The position numbers and the translations under genes are program-made. Of a stretch of 14,416 bases of DNA, positions 1-7,080 are shown piece by piece (position 1 is the first letter of the stretch; each line of letters opens with the position of its first letter). The notes beneath the pieces were generated by a model. It saw only the letters and a program-made list of their open reading frames with translations. It was not told the DNA's origin and made no database searches. This DNA comes from Chlamydiia bacterium (GTDB lineage: Bacteria; Chlamydiota; Chlamydiia; Chlamydiales; Parachlamydiaceae), in NCBI GenBank assembly GCA_038257035.1, contig JBBSJT010000060.1:1-14416 (forward strand). Direction: 5' to 3'.

Positions 1-107
1 CAGGATAATATCAACCTCTAGGATATATTAGAGGTTGATATTATCCTGCCGCTTTAGCGATCCTGCCGCGAAGCGAAGCGGAGCGATCTTGCATATCCTG
101 TAAAAAA
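1..107. repeat. Long palindromic element (CAGGAT unit), left arm probably cut by the window edge
   Basis: Perfect 20-bp stem 1-20/29-48 with an 8-nt loop. The right arm continues with ATCYTG at 43, 60, 86 and 95 and ends in A6 (102-107). Confidence 0.8.
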
Positions 108-190
108 TTATAGAAGTTATATCAAATAGATTTTTTGGCATTGAAGTTTTCACTTTCAAGTAGAACCTTGTGTATACATATTCACAAATA

Positions 191-2995
191 CTAATGAAGG
201 TAATCGGCTTCTATTAGAAGCTCAAGGGCACCCATTTCATTAATTAAACAGGCATCCTTGTCCATAAAGAACTTATCATCAAGAAGTACAAATTGAAGGG
301 CATTCCTTACATCATTTGGGGCACTATTAAGATTTTGAACCAAATTTTCTACCACAACTTTTGGTGTGACATGTTTAAAGAATACCTCAAGCATTTCTTC
401 AGCTGTTTTTTCAAAGAGTTGATCTAAAATCAATGCTGTAAACCAATCAAATGAAGGTTCTTCACTCACACCTACATGATGCCCGATTACATTTTGTATG
501 TAGAGAGATTGATGCACGCTTTGTAAAATTTGAGAAGCACCTGTCAGCTCGTTCATGATTTCGTTTTCACCAAGAAATTGTGCTTGCAACAAACTTTTTA
601 CAGCTTGATTCGCAAATGAAGTGATTTTTTCTTGGGCCACTGGGCTTGTCATAACAGTTAAAGCTCCTTTATCGTTAATCTGCGGATAGATAAAATCAGA
701 ATCAAATTCGTAATCGTTAAAAAAATCGTCCCATTCCCAATATTCTTTACTTTTTGGCAAAATGTTTGCAGCATGAGAGGATAATTTCCCACCCTTGTTA
801 ATACTCTCTTTGACTGCATCAAATGTGTTATTCGGATTCTCAAGAATGAAATCCTTAATAAATTTCAGTGCTTCAATTTTTTCATTCTGTGTCGCTTTAT
901 CTTCTGCTGATTCCCATTTTGAAAGGTTAATTTTGTAGCGAAATTTTGGATTCATAATTTCATAGGCAGCGGCAATCCCTTCGTTTCTTTTTGGAATACA
1001 ATGCCCAATCCCTTTAAGTGTTGTGATCAGGGATCTTTCTTGATTGGTAAAATAGCACTCATTTTCAGTCTCGTTAGTTTCATTTAAAATGCTATTTAGA
1101 ACAGCTCTCCATTTACTTTCAGGTTCGGTTACAGTTTCACCGCTTAAAAGTAATAATTCTTTAAGGTAAGAGATAGGGGCTTTAAGATCATCAAGGGTGG
1201 CTTCCAAGTTTTTTAGAAAGGCATCTGTTTTATCTTTATCTTGATTAAATTTTTTGGACAAAGAGGATATTAATTGAGTAAAAGCCTCTAAGTTAGCATT
1301 TTCAGGCAAGTCTTCTCTTTTAAGTGCTGTTGCTTTTTTTAATTTTTTTAGCTGATCCATATTGATGGCATATTCACGCCCATGAATAATCATCGAAGGT
1401 GTTTGAAAATTTATTTCTTGTTTTGAAAATACTTTTAAATGGTTAAATAATCTGATGGGGTTTTTATCGCCTGTCGTCATGTTAGCGTAAAGATTTTGTT
1501 CTGCTGTTCTAGCTGTTTCATTATCAAAAACAAATCGATGTTGAAAATCCCGAATGAATTCGGACAGAAAAATTTGCATCTCAGGAGATGACGCCTGGCT
1601 CATAAGCTTTTCTTTTATCTTAATAGCGATAAATCTATTAAGACCTCCTTGATTTGCTACTCCAAATGTATTTAGTTTATAAACCCAATAACAAAAATCC
1701 CGGTCGAGTAAAGACGTTAAAATCCTCAGGCGATAACCATCAGCAATTTTTTGGCATTCACAGAAATTAAGTTCTTCCAATTGATCAAGATCCATCTTTG
1801 GTAATCTAGTTATCTCATGACACCCTTCAATATGAAGAGTTTTTAATTTTGCAAGAGGGTGTAATTGAGGAAGTTCTTTTAATTGTGAACACCCTCCAAG
1901 AAATATCTCAACAAGTTTTTGAAGCTTAACTAAGCCTTTTATAGACGACAAATTAAGGCAACCATGAAGGTTAAGCGCTTTTAAATGTTTAAATCCACTT
2001 ACATCAATCTCTAACAAATTTGTCCATTCTTCTAAGTGAAGTTCTTCCAAGTTTATAAGATCTGTTAAGTCAAAAGTTGTTAATTTACTGCAGTTTGAAA
2101 GATTAAGTGCTTTCAAATGAGTTAACGCTTTTAAAGAGGGCAGTTCTCGTAATTCTTCGCAATTTAGCAATATCAACTCTTCCAATTTCGTTAAATTGTC
2201 TATTTCAGGCAGATATTCCAAGTTAGTACATTCTGAAAGTTCTAGTGCTGTAAGCTCTTTTAGAGTGTTTAAATTATCCAAACCACTTCCCTTTATATCA
2301 TCTGACGTCAGGGTTAACGATTTAAGATTTGGACAATAACAGATGATTTTATTTGTAATCTCATCATCAACATAAATATAACTTGCACATAAGGTGTGGA
2401 TGCTTTGTCCATATTCTTTAATGAAATATTCAAATGTTTCAGATTTCATCGAAATGTCTGGAGTGACTTTTAGCGAAATGTCAGCATAAATAGCAAAAAG
2501 AGAACTTAAGTGATCAAGGATGTCTTCGTAAGATGTTTCTAGTTCAGTTCCAATTTCAATTGATAATGCATGATTAATTCTTACTATTTTCATTCCGGTT
2601 ATTTCATTGATAAATGAAATGCATTCGTCAATACATTTTTCATTATGATCATCTTTTGCAAGTTTAAAACATTCATAAACGTTTTCGGAGTTCATATGTA
2701 AGATCAAAAAATCCAAAGTTTGGTTTTTCATCTCCACCTCAATAGACGAGTAAATACTCAACATGATCTTCATGATTTTATTGGTTTGGTCAGGATCGAA
2801 TTCATGATTCAGATCGGCGTTTCTGATTTTTTCAAATAGGATTTCAAAATTCTCATCGGGCCCATTTTCCTGCCAGTGATCACTGTTGTCGTGTGCCAGA
2901 GCAAATAGATTTACTAACTTAGATTCAAATTTTTCTAAATTTTTAATTAATCTTTCTGTGTGTACGATATTTGATCTGTTATAATCAATTTCCAT
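191..2995 (-). CDS. 934-aa leucine-rich-repeat protein with degenerate BTB/BACK-like N-terminus; candidate secreted effector
   Basis: About 9 LxxLxLxxCxxLxxLP-type repeats at aa ~221-418. The aa ~46-131 pattern resembles a BTB-BACK junction. AAGGGA SD-like motif before the ATG. Confidence 0.85.
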   Translation of the reverse strand: MEIDYNRSNIVHTERLIKNLEKFESKLVNLFALAHDNSDHWQENGPDENFEILFEKIRNADLNHEFDPDQTNKIMKIMLSIYSSIEVEMKNQTLDFLILHMNSENVYECFKLAKDDHNEKCIDECISFINEITGMKIVRINHALSIEIGTELETSYEDILDHLSSLFAIYADISLKVTPDISMKSETFEYFIKEYGQSIHTLCASYIYVDDEITNKIICYCPNLKSLTLTSDDIKGSGLDNLNTLKELTALELSECTNLEYLPEIDNLTKLEELILLNCEELRELPSLKALTHLKALNLSNCSKLTTFDLTDLINLEELHLEEWTNLLEIDVSGFKHLKALNLHGCLNLSSIKGLVKLQKLVEIFLGGCSQLKELPQLHPLAKLKTLHIEGCHEITRLPKMDLDQLEELNFCECQKIADGYRLRILTSLLDRDFCYWVYKLNTFGVANQGGLNRFIAIKIKEKLMSQASSPEMQIFLSEFIRDFQHRFVFDNETARTAEQNLYANMTTGDKNPIRLFNHLKVFSKQEINFQTPSMIIHGREYAINMDQLKKLKKATALKREDLPENANLEAFTQLISSLSKKFNQDKDKTDAFLKNLEATLDDLKAPISYLKELLLLSGETVTEPESKWRAVLNSILNETNETENECYFTNQERSLITTLKGIGHCIPKRNEGIAAAYEIMNPKFRYKINLSKWESAEDKATQNEKIEALKFIKDFILENPNNTFDAVKESINKGGKLSSHAANILPKSKEYWEWDDFFNDYEFDSDFIYPQINDKGALTVMTSPVAQEKITSFANQAVKSLLQAQFLGENEIMNELTGASQILQSVHQSLYIQNVIGHHVGVSEEPSFDWFTALILDQLFEKTAEEMLEVFFKHVTPKVVVENLVQNLNSAPNDVRNALQFVLLDDKFFMDKDACLINEMGALELLIEADYLH

Positions 2996-3026
2996 AACGT
3001 CCCTTAATAAATTTTATGTTAAATAT

Positions 3027-3070
3027 ATTATAACAAATAAAAGTTAAGGGGTTGTTAAGGTGGAGTTAAG
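3027..3070 (-). promoter_or_regulatory. Extended -10 (TGtTATAAT) with three CTTAAC direct repeats at 11-bp period
   Basis: + strand GTTAAG at 3043, 3054 and 3065; ATTATA at 3027-3032. The nearest repeat lies 10 nt upstream of the -10. Confidence 0.55.
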
Positions 3071-3071
3071 T

Positions 3072-3101
3072 TTGCATCAAATAGGCCGTATATCGTATAC
3101 T
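3072..3101 (+). promoter_or_regulatory. Putative sigma70/sigma66-type promoter of holA
   Basis: TTGCAT (3072-3077), 18-nt spacer, TATACT (3096-3101); 42 nt before the GTG start. Confidence 0.4.
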
Positions 3102-3143
3102 AGCATCTAATATATCGACCAAAAAATACGCACAAATCCTAGA

Positions 3144-4178
3144 GTGTTCCAATTGAAATACACAAACGTTAAAGCTTTTGAAAAACATCTTCTCGATGCA
3201 TACCCTAAGAATTTTGCAGATGTCTATGCCGTTATTGGCAAAGAATCCTACGAGGTAAAGGCAGCTGTTGATGAATTGGTCAAGATTTTGCTTAAAACTT
3301 TAAAAAACCCTGAATTTGCACTAAAAACTTACGATGGGCAAAAGCTTATCATCCAAGAGTTGATGCAAGAGTTAAATTCTTTGCCTTTTTTTTCTGAGAA
3401 ACGAGTTGTCCTGATTTCCAACGCAGAGGAGCTTAACAAAGCCGATATAGCCAAGTTGGAAGAGTATTTTTCCCGTCCAAACGAAACATTAACCTTGATC
3501 ATCTCAGCATCGGCAATCAATCGGGCAACAAACTTTTATAAAAAAATGGAAAAAGTAGGTGTTCTTCTTGATTTTGCAGAAGAAAAGCAATGGGAGAAAG
3601 AAAAATCCTCAAAAGAATGGATTTTCGTTAAAGTTGCAAAAGAGAATAAACGGATAAACGAAGATGCTGCACTTCTTCTTCACAGCCAAATTGGAACGGA
3701 TTTATCTACTCTTAATCAAGAAATTGAAAAACTCATTTGTTTTATCGGCGATAGAAACGAGATCACTCAAAAGGATGTTGCAGCTGTTTGCACCCTTTTA
3801 CACACTGAGAATGGCTGGCAACTTGGCGAAGCTATTTTTGCAAGAAATGGCTCTTCTGCCTTTCGCATTACAAAAGGGTTACTTGAATCGGGCGTTCCTT
3901 TTTTGGCACTCATTCGTCAAATACGCTCCCAGGTACAAACAGGCTTTCAAATTTGTACGATTTTAGCCAATGGTGGGCTGGCCGCTGACGTTACTTCAGA
4001 ATTTCCATTTATGAGAGGCAGAATTTTAGATACTAACATGCAATCTGCAACAAATTATGGTTTGGTACGTTTTAAGAAGGCCATGTTAAAGATCGACGAA
4101 ACCGAATCTGCCGCTAAAAACGGCCTCGGCAGCGATGAGTACTTAAGCGATCTCCTGATCGCCCACCTCGTCATGTGA
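3144..4178 (+). CDS. holA: DNA polymerase III subunit delta
   Basis: 344 aa with HolA-like motifs (ELNSLPFFSEKRVVLI; IGTDLSTLNQEIEKL; ITQKDV). Same position as chlamydial CT047. GTG start. Confidence 0.9.
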   Translation: MFQLKYTNVKAFEKHLLDAYPKNFADVYAVIGKESYEVKAAVDELVKILLKTLKNPEFALKTYDGQKLIIQELMQELNSLPFFSEKRVVLISNAEELNKADIAKLEEYFSRPNETLTLIISASAINRATNFYKKMEKVGVLLDFAEEKQWEKEKSSKEWIFVKVAKENKRINEDAALLLHSQIGTDLSTLNQEIEKLICFIGDRNEITQKDVAAVCTLLHTENGWQLGEAIFARNGSSAFRITKGLLESGVPFLALIRQIRSQVQTGFQICTILANGGLAADVTSEFPFMRGRILDTNMQSATNYGLVRFKKAMLKIDETESAAKNGLGSDEYLSDLLIAHLVM

Positions 4179-4277
4179 GCGTTTGTGATTTTTTAACACA
4201 GAGCACACCGAGAAGCAAATGAGAGAAATGAGAGAAGCTAAAAACCCATTTACCTTCAGGCACATATCGTATTTGAT

Positions 4278-4403
4278 TTTTTCAACGCAAAGAAGCTGCA
4301 GAAGACGCAAAGGCGCAAAGATTAAAAAGGCTCTTTGCACGCTTAAAGGGTCTTTTTAATCTTTGCGCCTTTGCGTCTTCTGCAGCTTCTTTGCGTTGAA
4401 AAA
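4278..4403. repeat. Palindrome with 52-bp perfect arms (CGCAAAG unit)
   Basis: 4278-4329 is the exact reverse complement of 4352-4403. The 22-nt centre pairs further with G:T wobbles. Confidence 0.95.
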
Positions 4404-4444
4404 TCTGAAACTTTTATTAAGGAGCGTCGTTATATACCCAAAGC

Positions 4445-4694
4445 TCAAGTTTTGTGATCGTAGTGATTTTGAAGGTTTAGCCAAAATTCAGCTGATGTTC
4501 CGAAGGCAATAGAAAAGTCTAAGGCGATATATTCAGTAATTCTTCTTTTCTTATTAATGATTTCACTGATTTTAACTTTAGTCCATGAATCTCCAAGATT
4601 AACAACGAGCTGTTCTTGAGAAAGCTTAAGAGGTTTAAGAAATTCTTCTAACAAAATTTCTCCGGGGTGTGGGGGGTCTATTTTTTGGAAGCAT
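4445..4694 (-). pseudogene. higA: HigA/VapI-family HTH antitoxin, frameshifted near codon 8-9, with no adjacent toxin
   Basis: AAGGAG-aatt-ATG(4694) gives MLPKNRPPT. The continuation HPGEILLEEFLKPL...FGTSAEFWLNLQ is in another frame. The shift lies at the G6 run 4671-4676 or the adjacent GTGT. Confidence 0.8.
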
Positions 4695-4836
4695 AATTCT
4701 CCTTCTCATTTGATACTAATATACAAAATAATACATTTCCACTTTATTCAGTGGGTTGGAGAGCATTAACCCCCCATCTCTTATTCTTCCTCTGTGGCCT
4801 CTGTGTTAAAAAATCATGTTCCATAAAGCCTCGTTA

Positions 4837-4845
4837 TGCTATACT
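4837..4845 (+). promoter_or_regulatory. Putative extended -10 for the RsmI-like gene
   Basis: TG-c-TATACT, 27 nt before ATG 4873; no clear -35. Confidence 0.35.
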
Positions 4846-4872
4846 AAGATACCAAAATAGAAGGATTTGATC

Positions 4873-5607
4873 ATGACAGAACCAAAAGCTGCTTTATTAC
4901 TTTTACCCAATCTTTTAGGCGATTTTGCCCATCATGAACCTTTTTTGCCAAGTAGTGTGGATAAAGTTGTGAAAACTTTGGACGGACTCATCGCCGAAAG
5001 TCACCAGGCAGGAAGACGTTTTATCAGTAGGTTTGAAACAAAAAAACCGGCAAATGAAATGCCGATTGCTTTATTTAACGAACACACGCCCGATGCTGAT
5101 ATTGACTTTTTGCTAGAGCCAATCAGAAAAGGGGAGCGTTGGGGTTTTGTTTCCGATGCAGGCTTGCCTTGCATTGCAGATCCCGGCGCAAAACTTGTTC
5201 GCCGCGCAAGACAAACAGGCGTTGTTATTCAGGCTTTTGTTGGGCCATCCTCTATTATGTTATCTTTGATGTTATCGGGACTTCCAGGTCAGAGCTTTAA
5301 TTTTCATGGTTATTTAAATTCAAAACCTGAAAATCGAAAAACGGCAATTTTTGAACTCGAGCAATCTTCAAAGAAAAGCGGAAATACAGAAATTTTCATA
5401 GAAACTCCTTACCGTAATAAACATATGCTAGAAACACTTCTTGCAACTTTGGATGATGAGACTTGGTTGTGTGTAGCATCTGATTTAACATTGAATACAC
5501 AAAGCGTTGTTTCCCAACCGATCGCATTGTGGAAAAAAAGCCCTTTGCCAAACTTAGACAAAAAAGCTGCCATTTTCTTAGTTAATGCCAAAATGAAGGA
5601 TGAATAG
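4873..5607 (+). CDS. rsmI: SAM-dependent methyltransferase, tetrapyrrole methylase superfamily, RsmI-like (CT048 homologue)
   Basis: Motifs SDAGLPCIADPG, VGPSSIMLSLMLSGLPGQSFNFHGYL and IFIETPYRN. ATG 4873 is preferred over TTG 4867 because AAGGA lies 7 nt upstream. Exact RsmI activity is not provable from sequence. Confidence 0.75.
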   Translation: MTEPKAALLLLPNLLGDFAHHEPFLPSSVDKVVKTLDGLIAESHQAGRRFISRFETKKPANEMPIALFNEHTPDADIDFLLEPIRKGERWGFVSDAGLPCIADPGAKLVRRARQTGVVIQAFVGPSSIMLSLMLSGLPGQSFNFHGYLNSKPENRKTAIFELEQSSKKSGNTEIFIETPYRNKHMLETLLATLDDETWLCVASDLTLNTQSVVSQPIALWKKSPLPNLDKKAAIFLVNAKMKDE

Positions 5608-5626
5608 TTAATTAAGCTTTAATAAA

Positions 5627-5677
5627 TTATATATTGTTATTATAATAAGTAATGTATTATAATAAAACAATATATAA
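5627..5677. promoter_or_regulatory. AT-rich inverted repeat overlapping TATAAT boxes upstream of the hydrolase gene
   Basis: 5627-5647 pairs with 5655-5677 with a 2-nt bulge. TATAAT at 5641 and 5658; AAGGAG SD follows. Confidence 0.45.
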
Positions 5678-5691
5678 AAGTTAAGGAGCCT

Positions 5692-6804
5692 ATGGCATAT
5701 TCAGTTGATTCAGCTTACTTGGAGTACTATAAATGTGCTCTTAAAGGAAAATATAAAAAAGCCGACTCTTTTTTCAAAGAAAGAGTTACGGCTTTTTCTA
5801 TTTCAATCATTACCTGTCTAATTGCTGTTCTTTTTCTTTTTAGTCGTCTGATCACTCTTCCCTTTAAAATATTAGCCGTTCTTTTTTCTTTACTGTCACC
5901 CACTAGTTTTATAAATCAGACCAAACTGCTGACCCTATCCCTTATTATTTTGATTTATCAGCCTGTTCAATTGATTGTTCATTTACTAAGTGGAGCTGTT
6001 GGGCTTCTTCATCCACTTATTGCCTATCAACTGATGCAAGAGGCTTCCATACCGCTTGTTTTTCTATTAACTTATGAGAAAAAACTAAAGGAAAACAGAA
6101 AAACAGCCCTATCTTATATTAGAATCACACGATTTTTTAAGGAAAAACTCACCAGAAATTTTGATAAAACCCCTTGGCCTATTCAAATTGCTATAAAAAC
6201 CATGATCAATGAATTTTCAGAATCGATGAACGCAGGTATTGTTGCACCTCTTGGATGGATGGAAAAGTTTCATCTTTTTAATGCAAATCCTGCTGTTTTA
6301 AAAGAAGAGCAAAAAGAACTAGTCCCCATTTTGTTGTTAAACGGCAATTACAGCCATCAAGCAACATTTTTGCCCCTTCTTTATGCACTCGAAAACTCCG
6401 GCAACAAAAGGCCCGTCTACACCGTCAATCTACCTCCAAATTGCAGAGATAATCGCTTGATTATTGAAAAGGTAGAAGAAATTAAAAAGCAATTTGGCAA
6501 AGAAAATGATGTCACTTTTAAAATTGATGCAATTGGCCATTCGATGGGATCTCATTGTATTCAAGAAGTGTTAATGGCAGACATCAGTTTTGAAATCAAT
6601 CGACTGATTACAGTCGGAACACCATTCAAAAATAAAACTTCGGTTAATAAAGTCTTTGATATTACGGCAAAAAATGATGTAATCATTTTAGAAAGAAGTC
6701 GTCTAGCTTCAATAAAAGATCGTGTAGAAATAGATACCGGTCACCTCGGGCTACTCTTTCACCGCGAAAGCCTGAACGCAATGCTCACCTTCCTCAAATC
6801 CTGA
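5692..6804 (+). CDS. Alpha/beta-fold hydrolase (esterase/lipase-like) with long hydrophobic N-terminal region
   Basis: GHSMG nucleophile elbow (S284), candidate D329 and H351 (GHLGLL), oxyanion segment LLLNG. Hydrophobic aa ~34-115. AAGGAG SD. Confidence 0.85.
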   Translation: MAYSVDSAYLEYYKCALKGKYKKADSFFKERVTAFSISIITCLIAVLFLFSRLITLPFKILAVLFSLLSPTSFINQTKLLTLSLIILIYQPVQLIVHLLSGAVGLLHPLIAYQLMQEASIPLVFLLTYEKKLKENRKTALSYIRITRFFKEKLTRNFDKTPWPIQIAIKTMINEFSESMNAGIVAPLGWMEKFHLFNANPAVLKEEQKELVPILLLNGNYSHQATFLPLLYALENSGNKRPVYTVNLPPNCRDNRLIIEKVEEIKKQFGKENDVTFKIDAIGHSMGSHCIQEVLMADISFEINRLITVGTPFKNKTSVNKVFDITAKNDVIILERSRLASIKDRVEIDTGHLGLLFHRESLNAMLTFLKS

Positions 6805-6829
6805 TTGACCACCGTCTTGAACAGGTTTC

Positions 6830-7056
6830 TACCGATAAGGGGGATCTTTTTACCGCGAAGAACGCGAAGAAAGACGCGAAGAGGCGCGAAGAAGCGCGCT
6901 AAAGCGCGAAAAATTGCAACCATAAGAAAACAATAACCTGAGGGAAACTTTTTTTCTTTTCTTTTCGCAGCATAGCTGCGCTTCTTCGCGTTTCTTCCCG
7001 CAGCAAAGCTGCGCTTCTTCGCGCTCTTCGCGGTAAAAAAGTCCCCATTAACGGTA
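6830..7056. repeat. Imperfect palindromic element (CGCGAAG unit) between convergent genes
   Basis: Outer arms 6830-6871 and 7015-7056 match at 37/42 as reverse complements. CGCGAAG occurs four times on the left and CTTCGCG three times on the right; internal mini-hairpins. Confidence 0.9.
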
Positions 7057-7080
7057 AAGTAAAAAATGTAAACGTAGACG

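Larger units (their letters stand above)
4186..4816. mobile_element. 631-bp cassette bounded by 18-bp perfect inverted repeats, containing a nested palindrome and a higA pseudogene
   Basis: TGATTTTTTAACACAGAG (4186-4203) and CTCTGTGTTAAAAAATCA (4799-4816) are exact reverse complements. No transposase inside; mobility is inferred. Confidence 0.55.

Noticed and set aside
4143..4340. 65-aa ORF as a toxin partner of higA
   Set aside because: It is a translation of the repeat arms, overlaps holA in antisense and has no RelE/HigB features.
4278..4403. Palindrome as a bidirectional intrinsic terminator between holA and higA
   Set aside because: The T-run precedes the stem on both strands and the stem is far longer than a terminator; the same holds for 6830-7056.
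4186..4816. Autonomous IS element
   Set aside because: No transposase ORF or remnant, and only a 2-bp TG flank match.
5608..5622. TTAA-N7-TTAA upstream of the hydrolase as a second copy of the CTTAAC box
   Set aside because: Flanking bases differ, the spacing to TATAAT does not match, and such a match is expected by chance in AT-rich DNA.
6851..7034. CRISPR or guide-RNA array
   Set aside because: Units are 7-12 nt and inverted between the two halves, with no unique spacers of constant length and no cas-like gene nearby.
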